Numbered from the stretch's first letter, positions 39,572 through 50,018 are shown. The stretch: 64,000 nucleotides of DNA from Candidatus Latescibacterota bacterium (GCA_965200315.1 OZ241362.1:5295246-5359245); one strand, 5' to 3'. Notes: generated by a model from the letters alone, not told the origin. A program made the numbers and translations.

Positions 39572-41239
39572 GTGAAGACGGAACAACGAGACTCAACGGC
39601 ATTGAGGACACTTCGCGAGGTTGCCTCGCGGTGGGACTTGGAAATATTGGCTGATGATCTCCAGCAGATTACGAGCGATGACGCGGTGCAGATAGGCTTT
39701 TTGGGGGACTTCAGTAGCGGCAAGAGTACGCTGATCAACGAGCTGGTAGGCGTGGAGGATCTCATGCCAGCGCAACTCGAGCCTTGCACAGCACGGGCCG
39801 GACAGGTGATATCGACCCCTTCTCTTGAAGAGCCAGAGTATTTTCGCGTGGACGACGAGGATGAGCAGACTGCAATCAGTCGACCTGATTTTGATGATCT
39901 CGCCCGCGGGCATACGCCGGGACGGCCGCTTGTGCGCCTCCCATCCCACTCCGGGTTTCCAGCAGGATTCGTATTCCTCGACACTCCGGGACTATCGACG
40001 CTCATTGAAGAGCACACGGAGGTCACATTGGGAGAGCTACCCTTCGTAGATGCCGCTGTGATCTGTATGGATATCCGCAAGGGTGGGCTAACGAGTACCG
40101 TCACCGACTTTCTCACTTCTCCCGGCGTCCGCCATCTGCAGCATCGCTTTCTCATCGCGCTCACATTTGCCGACCAGCTTCCAGATTCTGAACGTGCGGT
40201 GGTAGCCGAGAAGACTGCTGACACGCTGGCTCAGACCATCGGCTGCGCGAAATCAGAAGCCGAGGGCCGCATTGTAGTCGTAAGCGCCGGGCCAGAGGCA
40301 GTCGCGCGCGACGTCAGTGCTTTACGCACCGCCATCCACGAGGTGTTCGAGAAGCGCAAGGCGTTTCTCACGGATGAACGACAACACCGCGCCAGCGTTC
40401 GCCTAGTGCCGCGTGCAATCACACTGCTGGAGCATATGCGCGATGGCCTGCTGGAATCGAAAGAAAATTTTGCGGCGCGCAAGACAGAGGCGGATGAGCA
40501 ACGGACGAGGCTGGACCAAGAGCTACGCAAGCAACGGCAACGCTTCGATAAGTCTCGCGCTGAGCTCCACCGGGATGTGAGTGCAATATGCGACCACTAT
40601 CAGCCTCTGTTTGCCGCTGCGTCGAACGATCTTGCTATAGAACAGGTCAGCGGCGAGTTCTCCTCGGCACTCGCAACAAAGGTTAGCGATCATTTTGCGA
40701 GCTTGGGACAACAATGGGATAACCATGTTGGGGGGATTGACGCGGAGATCCAACGCTTGCTGAGGGACATCAACAAAATTGTGAACTTGGGGGCTACCAT
40801 CGCTACAGGAGCTCTGGCTGTCGCGATAAATCCCGCCACCGGTTTGGCAGCAAGTGCCGCGGAGATGACAGGTGGAGCGGTGCTGCGCGCCGGAGCCGCC
40901 GAAGGGTTCAAGAGAATTGGAACAGGATTACTTGCCACCTTGCATGCTATTAATCCGATCAACATCGTTAGTGACTTTGTTGGGGAGTGGTGGAAAAATA
41001 AGCGCATCGCCGAGCCAATGGATCATATTCGCATGAAGTTTTCGGCGCAAGCGGCACGAGAGATCGAGACATACTTTGAGTCCGAAATATTTCAGCCCCT
41101 AGAGCGCGAGCATAAAGAAGTACAGAGCGTACTTTCTCAGATTGAATCCGAGCGCCGAACCGATATCACCGATCGCAATGCCAAGGTGTCGCGTATCGAC
41201 GCCGATAGCGCTCGGCTCCGAAAGGTTAGTCAGCCATGA
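39572..41239 (+). CDS. Dynamin-like GTPase 1
   Basis: G1 GDFSSGKST, G3 DTPG, G4 variant TFAD; coiled coil; hydrophobic paddle LGATIATGALAVAINPATGLAA; AGGAGG RBS, GTG start. Confidence 0.9.
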   Translation: MKTEQRDSTALRTLREVASRWDLEILADDLQQITSDDAVQIGFLGDFSSGKSTLINELVGVEDLMPAQLEPCTARAGQVISTPSLEEPEYFRVDDEDEQTAISRPDFDDLARGHTPGRPLVRLPSHSGFPAGFVFLDTPGLSTLIEEHTEVTLGELPFVDAAVICMDIRKGGLTSTVTDFLTSPGVRHLQHRFLIALTFADQLPDSERAVVAEKTADTLAQTIGCAKSEAEGRIVVVSAGPEAVARDVSALRTAIHEVFEKRKAFLTDERQHRASVRLVPRAITLLEHMRDGLLESKENFAARKTEADEQRTRLDQELRKQRQRFDKSRAELHRDVSAICDHYQPLFAAASNDLAIEQVSGEFSSALATKVSDHFASLGQQWDNHVGGIDAEIQRLLRDINKIVNLGATIATGALAVAINPATGLAASAAEMTGGAVLRAGAAEGFKRIGTGLLATLHAINPINIVSDFVGEWWKNKRIAEPMDHIRMKFSAQAAREIETYFESEIFQPLEREHKEVQSVLSQIESERRTDITDRNAKVSRIDADSARLRKVSQP

Positions 41240-43146
41240 GACGCGGTCTTAAAATTTTACACACGGTGAAGAAGAAAGTGGAAGCTGCTACCAAGAAGGT
41301 TACAGCAAAGGCACACATTGAGGCACTATCACCTCCCCTACAGGAAGCCACCCCTAAAACAGCTCTCAACGCAACCATTGAATCTCTCCTCGCCTTGCGA
41401 TCCGTTCGAGACCAGTCTGCCGATGCTGGGCTTGATCTATCGACCGACATCGCGCAGAAGTTGACTTCCCTAGAGGAGGGCTTGATCGACCACCTCGCCG
41501 AGCAACGCGAGCATCAAGACGGTATCGGTCTGTTGACCGTATCGGTGGTCGGCGACTTCAACTCGGGTAAATCGACTTTCATCAATGCGCTGCTGGGAAT
41601 GGATGTGTGCCCGGTAGGCGACGAGCCAACGACCGCATCCATAACGCACTTCGTCCATGGCGACCAAGAACGTATTGAGCGGAAATTGGAGGACGGAACA
41701 TATATCCCGCTGGACAAGTCGGAATATCGCACATTGGCTCAGCATAAGAAAGAGGGCGACAGCGGGCCGTACGCCTTTCGCATTGCAGTAAATTCCCCGG
41801 TTCTCGATCATATTCGACTTGTCGATACGCCCGGGTTTAATGCCCCGCCCCCAAATACGAATGATACCAAGGTGACCGAAGAGGCTGTCACGGAATCTGA
41901 CGTGCTGTTTGTGCTCATGGATGCCAATAAGGGCAACCCATCGGATACGCTGTTGGATCAGTTGGATCGGCTGTCGCAAGATTCGACTAACGAGTCTCGT
42001 CAACCCGCATTTCTCTTGCTCAACAAGGCTGAAGGACTGCCGCCATCGCAACGTAGAGAAGTAACGCGTTTCTGCAAGGAGCGGCACGGCGATCTATTTC
42101 GCGATGTCGTGCCTGTTTCTGCGTTGCAGTTGATTGAAGCCAAAGACGAGGAACCACTTGATGCGCTGGACATCGCAATGCAGCACATGCGATCTGCTTA
42201 CAAGGCGCGAGTTCCATTTCAAAAAAATATCTCGGCTGAACTGATTGTACAGGATTACAGGATCGATATCAGCGGCAACGTGTACGATGTGCCCGCCTCA
42301 TCGGATTTTGAACTGGCATCCCGCGAACAACTTGCCGAGATGGTGAAGGACGTGGCAGCAGAACGACACGTCTTGCTTGAACAGCAGTTTCAGCGCAACA
42401 CCTTGCAATTGCGGGAAGACTGGCAAACGACGCTTTCTGATTTGGAGCAAGCACTGGAAAGTGCGCTAAGTGAGTCTTCCGGCGGAAGTGATGATGGTGA
42501 TGTAACCAAACATAAGGAGACGGTACTTGAAGCTATCGAAGAAGCGAAGCGGAATACGATCAATCTTGTCAATGAGATTTTTCAGGGGCTATCTGAGGAA
42601 ATAGTTGTCAAAAGCAATCGAACTGAAGAGGGCTTTTTTTCGGATACTGAATATTATCAAAATCATGTTTACTTAGACAAAGCACCTGACGTAGTGGATA
42701 ATCACGATAATTGGCGTCGTATATCTGGCATATATCAAGGGCTACTTTCATACTTAAAAAAGTCTCTTGACATCAACTTAGACTTCACACCCCAAGAAAT
42801 TGCTGAGTACCTGAAGGAAGAATTTCTTGAGCGAATTCGCGGCACAGTTAAAGCAGTAGAGCAAGTTTTTCAGGAAGATGATGAATCGGATAAAAGAGGG
42901 AATTTTTGGCAGTACGAATATTATGACGAATTTGGAAGAAACGAGCACTTTAACCGTATGATCTCACATTTTGAGTCGCATGGCGACGACAATCTCAGTG
43001 TTTCGATCATTCAAAAGGTGATAGATTATCTGCGGGAAGCCGTCATTAGCACTGCTGGAAGAAATCAATCACAGGTTGCGGAACGAGCTGAAGAATTGAG
43101 GAGACTCCAACAGCGAATCAATGAGATGAAGGAGCATACGCTATGA
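41236..43146 (+). CDS. Dynamin-like GTPase 2
   Basis: G1 GDFNSGKST, G2 EPTT, G3 DTPG, G4 variant NKAE; ATGA overlap. Confidence 0.9.
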   Translation: MRRGLKILHTVKKKVEAATKKVTAKAHIEALSPPLQEATPKTALNATIESLLALRSVRDQSADAGLDLSTDIAQKLTSLEEGLIDHLAEQREHQDGIGLLTVSVVGDFNSGKSTFINALLGMDVCPVGDEPTTASITHFVHGDQERIERKLEDGTYIPLDKSEYRTLAQHKKEGDSGPYAFRIAVNSPVLDHIRLVDTPGFNAPPPNTNDTKVTEEAVTESDVLFVLMDANKGNPSDTLLDQLDRLSQDSTNESRQPAFLLLNKAEGLPPSQRREVTRFCKERHGDLFRDVVPVSALQLIEAKDEEPLDALDIAMQHMRSAYKARVPFQKNISAELIVQDYRIDISGNVYDVPASSDFELASREQLAEMVKDVAAERHVLLEQQFQRNTLQLREDWQTTLSDLEQALESALSESSGGSDDGDVTKHKETVLEAIEEAKRNTINLVNEIFQGLSEEIVVKSNRTEEGFFSDTEYYQNHVYLDKAPDVVDNHDNWRRISGIYQGLLSYLKKSLDINLDFTPQEIAEYLKEEFLERIRGTVKAVEQVFQEDDESDKRGNFWQYEYYDEFGRNEHFNRMISHFESHGDDNLSVSIIQKVIDYLREAVISTAGRNQSQVAERAEELRRLQQRINEMKEHTL

Positions 43147-45128
43147 AGGATTTTCAAGATTACCAAACGCGCCAAGCTACTCTCTGTGAGTGGTACGACC
43201 GCGTTATTGAGAACAATACACTGCTACAGGCAGACGTGGAGGCACTTCAAGAGGCAAAAGCCAACCTGCAAGACGGTCGCTTTGTTGTAGCGGTCTGCGG
43301 CGAGATGAACAGCGGGAAATCGACCCTGCTCAACGCTCTGCTTTTCTCGGAGGAGGTGCTGCCGAGTCACGTTACGACCATGACGGCCAAGATCGCACTC
43401 ATGGGAGGGGACGAGACTGAGCGCATTGAGGCCACGCTGTACACACCTGACGAGTTTCGCCAGGTGGTGGAAGCCAGCAAGCCGGATGAACGCTCCGCAC
43501 AGGAACTAGCTGAGGCGCGGAAGACTGCTCGGGCGGAGGGGCTCAAGGAGTCTGACCTGCTCACCACCCCGGCACAGGTCAAGGCCGAGGAGGGTCTCGA
43601 TAAGCTCGTTCAGTTTGCGGCGGTATGCAGCCGCGGAGGCATATATAGTGCGTATGTCAACTGGGTACAGTTGTGGGCGGATCGCCCGTGGCTCCATCAA
43701 GTGACAGTCGCCGATACTCCCGGAACCAATGATCCGAACCCGGAGCGCGACAAAATCACCCGCGAGTGGATCCAGCGTGCCGATGCTGTGGTGTACGTCA
43801 CTTTTGCTGGGCAAGCGGGCATGACCGGTTCAGATGTGAAATTTATCGACGAGCACTTGGCACATATCAGTCCCCAGCGGCGCATCATCGCGGTGAACAA
43901 ATGCGACGAGCAGCTCGACAAAGAGCCCATTCGGAGCCACATTCAGAATATCCGGGACAGCGGCGACTTGAGGATGAAGTCTCTGTTCGGAGATGACGAC
44001 CAGATCGTACTCGTCAGTGGCCTCGGTGCGCTTATTTCCGCCATGCAGGAAGCCGGTCGTCCCCTGTCCGAGGATTTGAAATGGCATGAACGGAAACTAT
44101 CTGATAGGGGCTATTTGGATCCAGAGCAGCACGGTATCGAGCAACTCCGCAGTGTCATTGAACGACGAATCATCGTCACCAAAGGCGATGGTATTATCGA
44201 GGCGCATCAAAGGCGCTTGGACAGCGTCTTTGAAAGTGCCGATGCGGGTATCTCCCAAGACATGGCGTTATTGACGGCTAATCTCAATGCTGTCAACGCA
44301 TCGAAGGAAGAGCGCCGCGAAGAAGCTGAGCGGATAAAAGAAAATATCGCTTCGATAGATTCAGTGGTCAGGAACGCGAAGGGTACGTTTGCAAAGGATC
44401 TTGACGAAGCACAAGGTCCTCTGCAAGAAAGCATTAGTGAAACGGTTCGTAAGGTCTCGCAAGGGATCGTCGCCGACCTTAGCGATGTGACAAATATCGA
44501 CAATATGGCAAATCAAGCGGTATGGAGCATCGAGAGCAATCTGTATAGGGAGCGTAATGTTCTCGCGAAAGCTATCAGAGATATTGTGAGTAAAATCGAA
44601 GGTACGCTCAATCAGGCCGAGAATGAACTCTCCGATAAATTTTTGTCAAGCGGATTAACGGTTGACGAAGGGCCACAGTATCACTTACTGCCGGTCTCGT
44701 CTCATACCATTTGCAAGGAAGCAGAAGCGGAACTGATCAACAAGCTTGACCGCGAGACTCTGGGGAACGCTGTGAGCGACGCAACTACTTTTTGGCAGTG
44801 GCTTTTTGATACAAAGAAAGGCAGAAGTGCTGCTATTCAGCGGTTGGAAGCTGAACTTGGAAAGCGCCTGAAAAAGACTCTTAAGGGACTCTCTGAAGAG
44901 ACTAGCCGAGAGTTGCAGAAGCACGGAGAAGAGGCTCTTCAGACAATGCAAAAGAGGGGTCGGCGCAATCTCGAAGAGCGGCATAAGCTATTAAAAGAGT
45001 TGGAGAAAGAGATCTCGTCCGATGAGAACAAGCGGCAAGAGATTGACGAGCAGCTTGTGGAATTAGATCGGCGAAAACTGCAAGTGGACGAACTTAAAGC
45101 TGAATATGACCTAGCGAGGAGTATCTAA
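43143..45128 (+). CDS. Dynamin-like GTPase 3
   Basis: G1 GEMNSGKST, G3 DTPG, G4 NKCD; long helical C-terminus; ATGA overlap. Confidence 0.92.
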   Translation: MKDFQDYQTRQATLCEWYDRVIENNTLLQADVEALQEAKANLQDGRFVVAVCGEMNSGKSTLLNALLFSEEVLPSHVTTMTAKIALMGGDETERIEATLYTPDEFRQVVEASKPDERSAQELAEARKTARAEGLKESDLLTTPAQVKAEEGLDKLVQFAAVCSRGGIYSAYVNWVQLWADRPWLHQVTVADTPGTNDPNPERDKITREWIQRADAVVYVTFAGQAGMTGSDVKFIDEHLAHISPQRRIIAVNKCDEQLDKEPIRSHIQNIRDSGDLRMKSLFGDDDQIVLVSGLGALISAMQEAGRPLSEDLKWHERKLSDRGYLDPEQHGIEQLRSVIERRIIVTKGDGIIEAHQRRLDSVFESADAGISQDMALLTANLNAVNASKEERREEAERIKENIASIDSVVRNAKGTFAKDLDEAQGPLQESISETVRKVSQGIVADLSDVTNIDNMANQAVWSIESNLYRERNVLAKAIRDIVSKIEGTLNQAENELSDKFLSSGLTVDEGPQYHLLPVSSHTICKEAEAELINKLDRETLGNAVSDATTFWQWLFDTKKGRSAAIQRLEAELGKRLKKTLKGLSEETSRELQKHGEEALQTMQKRGRRNLEERHKLLKELEKEISSDENKRQEIDEQLVELDRRKLQVDELKAEYDLARSI

Positions 45129-45617
45129 ATGGATAAGATGAACACTGTGATTTTGGTCGCCGGTACTGCGATCATTGTAGGCAGTACTGTTATATGGTAT
45201 AGGCATCGCCGTCCCATAAGTCCTTCATCCCCTCCATCCCCTTCATCCCCTCCATCCCCTCCATCCCAAGAGCAATGCTCCTTCGTCCAACAACGGATGG
45301 AGACCTACCGCGATGAGATGCTCCGCTACGAGCTTGGCCTCGAATACCATCGTCGTGGGGCATCGCGGGCTGTTTTGCAGAAGTTGCTCGGCGGTGGCGA
45401 GGAAGTACTGGCCATGCCGATTCTGTATCTCAATTCCGACGAATGGCGATGGGAGCAACAACAGCTCCAAGAAGCGGTGGAAGCTGCGCTTGGCGAGCTC
45501 GGTCTTTCTGTTCCCCCGGATATTCGCGAGCCGACCACCCAAGCAGCACGCGCCTGCGAGCAATGGGCCGCTACCCGAGCCAAACGGCTATTCGACGAAG
45601 AACTAGGCAGCGATTAA
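45129..45617 (+). CDS. Small single-pass membrane protein, last gene of the dynamin operon
   Basis: ATG directly follows the DLP3 TAA; N-terminal TM VILVAGTAIIVGSTVIWY, Pro/Ser linker from 9-bp repeat x5 (45222-45266), helical domain. Confidence 0.75.
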   Translation: MDKMNTVILVAGTAIIVGSTVIWYRHRRPISPSSPPSPSSPPSPPSQEQCSFVQQRMETYRDEMLRYELGLEYHRRGASRAVLQKLLGGGEEVLAMPILYLNSDEWRWEQQQLQEAVEAALGELGLSVPPDIREPTTQAARACEQWAATRAKRLFDEELGSD

Positions 45618-45782
45618 ACGGTTCGCCATCTTGTACACGGAAGATACCTGAAGATACGGCGATCGTCCTATAAGCTCCCCTTTTGATCCACAACAAGGGG
45701 TGATCATTGTGCCAGCAGAATTGTGGGGGCCGAGCGGCAGTGCTGTCTTTCGCTTAGCACTCGGCACCGGGGCAAACGCGGC

Positions 45783-47546
45783 CTATCCCGACAACTTCCG
45801 CACGTACACATAATACGGCGCGATGGTCCGCTCGGCGAGGTCGTGAAACGAGGCGTAGAGCCGGTCCGGGCCAGCGGCGAGGTCCAGTTCAAAACAAGCA
45901 CTGGCTGCGGCCGGATCGATTTCTTGCTGAAAATTTTGCCCGCCGATGGTTAGCTGGCCCCAGCCCAAGGCGAGGGCGACCCCACCCTCGTAAGCTGGCG
46001 CATTTTTCGCTTGGATGCCGGGGCGATACCAGCCGCTGTCGTCGCCTTCAATCCCCGCAGTAAGCGCATAGCCGGTTTCCTCGGGCCAGCGCCGCAGCTC
46101 AATCTGGTAGCGGCCCGCCTCTTTGACATCGACGGCCCAAAAACCACTCGTTATTTGCCCGGCGCGGACTTGACGCTGATTCCAGACGGCGCTGCACGCC
46201 TCATTGCGGATGTCGTGGGTGGTGAGTTTGGCAGGCCGGTCGTCCCCGCCCAAGGCAATCGGCTCGTCGCGGTCGAATTGCTCGGAGATGAGCTCCCACC
46301 AGTCATCATACTCAGCGCGCAGGTCGGCGACGACGACGGGATGTGCGTCGGCGATGTCTTGTCGCTGGCCGGGATCTGTGCCGAGGTCGTAGAGCGCGCG
46401 GCCGTCGATGAGCCGCCACTTGCCTTTCATCACCGAGCTCTTGCGCCATTTGACCGGATGGGCCACGCGCTGGGTGTCGCAGACGTTGATGCGGTCGGAC
46501 AAAGCTGAATCGTCTGCGCCTTGCAGCAGCGGCACTAGGCTCTGGCCGTGGAAGGTGCGGCCGGTTGGGACTTCGACTCCGCACAAGTCGAGCAGGGTCG
46601 GCATGAAATCCACGTAGCAGGTCAGCGCGTCGATGTCGCGGCCGCCAGCGATGTGCCCGTTGGGATAGCGGATGAGGAAGGGGACGCGGTGGCCACCTTC
46701 GTACGGGGAGCCTTTTTTGCCGCGCATGCCGGCGTTGTAGCTGCCCGGCCCTTCGCGGGGGAACTGATCGGCGTCTAGCTCGACGCCGGTGGCTGTGCCG
46801 TTGTCGGTCATAAAGATGAGGATGGTGTTGTCGGCGATACCCAACTCGTCGAGCGTGGCCTGCAAGCGGCCGAAGTTTTCGTCGATGTTGGTAATCATGC
46901 CGTAGAAGCGGGCGCGTTCTTCGTGTGGGGTGGTATTGCGGTATGGCGCGACGTAGTGCGGCTTTACGTTGAGCGGCCCGTGCGGCGCGTTGGTGGCGAT
47001 GTAACAGAAGAAGGGCCGGTCGGCGTTTTCTGCGATAAAGCGCTGGCCCTCGCGGAAGAACACGTCCGTGCAATAGCCCTCATACGGAGTAGGGACGCCG
47101 TTTTTGAAGTAGGTGTCGTCAAAGTAGTCGTTGCCCCAAGGGTCGCCCGTGTTGCCGATGCCGCCGCCAGCGTGGTACACAGATTCGGCAAAGCCGCGCT
47201 CGTGCGGCCGGTAGGGCGGGCTGTCGCCGAGGTGCCACTTGCCGAAGTGCCCGGTGCGATAGCCCGCGCCAGTGAGCGCGTCCGCGAGAGTCCATTCGTC
47301 GGCGCGCAACAGCGAGCGGCCGCCAATAGTGTGCCAGACGCCGGCACTGTTGCAGTAGTGGCCGGTGAGCAGGCCGGCGCGGGTGGGGGCGCAGGTGGAG
47401 CCGACGTGGTAGTCGGTGAAGCGCACGGCATCTTGGTGGAAGCGGTCGAGGCAAGGCGTGTGGATCGCGCTGTTGCCGTGGCAGCCCAAGTCGCCGTAGC
47501 CTTGGTCGTCGGTGAGGACGAAGACGATGTTGGGGCGCGGGGCCAT
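45783..47546 (-). CDS. Arylsulfatase (S1)
   Basis: RPNIVFVLTDDQGYGD, CAPTRAGLLTG, GKWHLG, TDNG. Confidence 0.96.
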   Translation of the reverse strand: MAPRPNIVFVLTDDQGYGDLGCHGNSAIHTPCLDRFHQDAVRFTDYHVGSTCAPTRAGLLTGHYCNSAGVWHTIGGRSLLRADEWTLADALTGAGYRTGHFGKWHLGDSPPYRPHERGFAESVYHAGGGIGNTGDPWGNDYFDDTYFKNGVPTPYEGYCTDVFFREGQRFIAENADRPFFCYIATNAPHGPLNVKPHYVAPYRNTTPHEERARFYGMITNIDENFGRLQATLDELGIADNTILIFMTDNGTATGVELDADQFPREGPGSYNAGMRGKKGSPYEGGHRVPFLIRYPNGHIAGGRDIDALTCYVDFMPTLLDLCGVEVPTGRTFHGQSLVPLLQGADDSALSDRINVCDTQRVAHPVKWRKSSVMKGKWRLIDGRALYDLGTDPGQRQDIADAHPVVVADLRAEYDDWWELISEQFDRDEPIALGGDDRPAKLTTHDIRNEACSAVWNQRQVRAGQITSGFWAVDVKEAGRYQIELRRWPEETGYALTAGIEGDDSGWYRPGIQAKNAPAYEGGVALALGWGQLTIGGQNFQQEIDPAAASACFELDLAAGPDRLYASFHDLAERTIAPYYVYVRKLSG

Positions 47547-47547
47547 G

Positions 47548-48288
47548 CTATTGCCCCTGTTCGGTACGCCAGGCTTCGTATTCGGCGCGGGCTTCTTCAC
47601 TGAGCGGGTAGTATTTGCGCAGGTGCCCGCCCTCGGCCAGCTTCATGCGGCTGAAGTCCTCCCACTCGGCGTGGGCTTGGGCCTTTTCGGTCAGTTCGGG
47701 GGCGAGTTGGGCCGGGACGACGGTCGCACCGTCGTCGTCGGCGACGATGATGTCGCCGGGCATGACGAGGGTGTCGCCGCAGGCAATGGGCACGTTGACT
47801 GCGAAGGGGAAGATGTTGGTTTGGGTGTGGAAGTTGGGGGTGGTGCCGCGCAGCCACAGCCCGAGGTCGAGGTCTTCGAGCACCTTGGGAAAGTCGCGGA
47901 TGCAGCCGTCGATAACCGCGCCGATGCCGCCGTGCCCCATGAAGAAGGTGAGCATCATCTCGCCGAAGACGCCGCTGTGCAGGTCGCCGCGCGCATCGAC
48001 GACGATGATGTCGCCGGGTTGGGTGTGGTACAGGGCGTGGCGGTGAAGTTGCTTTTCCGGGTCGGCGTATTCGTCAACCGAGTATTGGTCTTCGCGCTTG
48101 GGCATAAACTGCAAGGTCAGGGCCGGGCCGACGACGTGCTTGCCCGGGGTGCGGGCGACCGGGCCTTGGATGTGGGGGTCGCGGATGCCGAGGCGGGCGA
48201 GCTCTCCGGCTGCGGTTGCGCTGGAGATGGGGGCGAGGGCATGGAGGAGGTCTTTGGAGGGGCGTTGGATGTCGTTGGTTGCGACCAT
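47548..48288 (-). CDS. RraA / HMG-CHA aldolase family protein
   Basis: VVGPALT, GDIIVVD, FGEMM, DGCIRD, PGDIIVADDDG. Confidence 0.9.
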   Translation of the reverse strand: MVATNDIQRPSKDLLHALAPISSATAAGELARLGIRDPHIQGPVARTPGKHVVGPALTLQFMPKREDQYSVDEYADPEKQLHRHALYHTQPGDIIVVDARGDLHSGVFGEMMLTFFMGHGGIGAVIDGCIRDFPKVLEDLDLGLWLRGTTPNFHTQTNIFPFAVNVPIACGDTLVMPGDIIVADDDGATVVPAQLAPELTEKAQAHAEWEDFSRMKLAEGGHLRKYYPLSEEARAEYEAWRTEQGQ

Positions 48289-48444
48289 GGGGTCTCCTGT
48301 CGTTAAGTTACGGGTGATTTGTTTAAGCTAAGAACGAGGTGTTGGCAGGGCCAATGCCGAATGAGTAGCAGGGGTTTAAGAGGTGGCCTCTATTGTACAT
48401 CTGGCAGAGTGAGCGGTCGGGGACGAACCAAGAGGAGATGACCT

Positions 48445-48802
48445 ATGTTGACCCGCCTGAAAGTCTCTAACTTCAAGAATTTGGCGGATGTGGATTTGTA
48501 CCTCGGTCCGTTTACCTGTGTGGTGGGGCCGAATGGGTGGGCAAGTCGAACCTGTTCGACGCGATTCGGTGTCTGAGCGCACTGGCCAACCACACGCTCA
48601 TGAAGCCGCCGTGCGCGACCTTTTCCACCGCGTAGGAGACCACTATGCCGAGCGCATGACTTTTGAGGCCGAAATGATCGTGCCGCGCCGGGCCATCGAC
48701 GACCTCGGGCAGGAGGCCGAGGCTAGGCTTCCTAGCCTTGGCCTTATTAGAGATCGATCCGCAGATGCAGGGGATGGGTTGTCCATCGCGTGGCCGAACT
48801 GA
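48445..48802 (+). pseudogene. Frameshifted, truncated AAA_21/RecF-like ABC ATPase
   Basis: GAGGAG RBS; MLTRLKVSNFKNLADVDLYLGPFTCVVGPNG, frameshift, GKSNLFDAIR...DDLGQEAEA. Confidence 0.8.
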
Positions 48803-48923
48803 TCAGCGATTTTAGTATTCTGTATAGATTAGCCGCATTCCAACGGCTGGCACGGAGGTTGAACAAGTCGTAACCGCAGCGGAATGGCGTTAGAAGCAAA
48901 CCTTAAAAACTAGGAGGAAGCAG

Positions 48924-50018
48924 ATGACTGTAGAAGATCGCGGCTCGGCTATTCGGGTCCAGCGCCTGACGGCCATTCCGGTGGGGGCCAAGGGCTACGT
49001 GAAGGTGGAGACGAACATGGGGGTGGTCGGCTGGGGTGAGATCAACAACATGGAGACCAAAATCGCCTGCGCCTTGGCCGAGTCGCTGGGCTCGCTCATC
49101 GTCGGCGAAAACCCGACGCGCATTGAGCACCACTGGCAGCGGATGTTCCGCGCCCATCGCAACCTGCGCGGCGGCGGGCTGATGGTACACGTGATCTCGG
49201 CCATTGACATGGCGCTGTGGGACATTGCCGGCAAGCTCTATCAGGTGCCGGTGTATCGCCTGTTGGGCGGCCCCTGCCGCGACAAGGTGTGGATGTATCC
49301 TAGCCCCAAGGCGATCAAGGTTGGCCCTGGGGGCGCGCAATATCACGCGGGGACGCCGGCCGAGGTGGCCGAGCTGGTGCAGCGGGTGGCCGACGCCCGC
49401 GCCAAGGTGGGGCCAGACGGAGCGGTTATGTTCGATGCTCACAGCATGTTGCCGCTGCCGCTGGTCAAGCAATTTGCCGGTTATCTCAAGCCGGACGATT
49501 TGCTCTTTTTGGAAGAGGCGTGGGTGCCGGGCAACATTGAGGCCATGCACAAGCTGCGCGAGGCCGTGCCCGTGCCGTTGGCGACTGGCGAGCGCGACCG
49601 CACCATTTGGGAGGTGCGCGAGATTTTGGAGGCCCAAGTAGTAGATATCCTACAGCCCGACTGCGGCCACGGCGGTGGCATCAGCCAGATGCAGAAGGTC
49701 GCTGCGCTGTGCGAGGCGCATCACGTGCCGATTGCCCCGCATTGCACCATGTCGTTTCTGGGGCTGACGGCGAGCCTGCATGTGGCGGCATCCGTGGCGT
49801 TTTTCCTCATCCACGAAGGCTACGATCACCAATTGCCCGCAGGCGTGGCACACAAGACGTGGGCTTTGGACGCAGAGGGATATGCGTCGTTGCCCGAGGG
49901 GCCGGGGTTGGGAGTGGAGATCGACGAGGAAAAGGCCATTGCCGTGGGGCAGGAGAGCCAGCGGCAGTTTACATGGCCGGATAATCGGCTGCGAGATGGG
50001 TCGGTGGCAGACTATTAG
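48924..50018 (+). CDS. Galactonate dehydratase-like enolase superfamily enzyme
   Basis: SAIDMALWDIAGK, DAH, FLEE, TGER, QPD..H.GGI, APH. Confidence 0.88.
   Translation: MTVEDRGSAIRVQRLTAIPVGAKGYVKVETNMGVVGWGEINNMETKIACALAESLGSLIVGENPTRIEHHWQRMFRAHRNLRGGGLMVHVISAIDMALWDIAGKLYQVPVYRLLGGPCRDKVWMYPSPKAIKVGPGGAQYHAGTPAEVAELVQRVADARAKVGPDGAVMFDAHSMLPLPLVKQFAGYLKPDDLLFLEEAWVPGNIEAMHKLREAVPVPLATGERDRTIWEVREILEAQVVDILQPDCGHGGGISQMQKVAALCEAHHVPIAPHCTMSFLGLTASLHVAASVAFFLIHEGYDHQLPAGVAHKTWALDAEGYASLPEGPGLGVEIDEEKAIAVGQESQRQFTWPDNRLRDGSVADY

Noticed and set aside
47512-48306. Long antisense ORFs (also 46923-47603, 60426-61394, 6798-7937 and others)
   Set aside because: Shadows of well-supported opposite-strand genes in GC-rich DNA; no motifs.
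48860-48880. aagtcgtaac resembling a 16S rRNA conserved motif
   Set aside because: Only about 10 nt; flanks are not rRNA-like.
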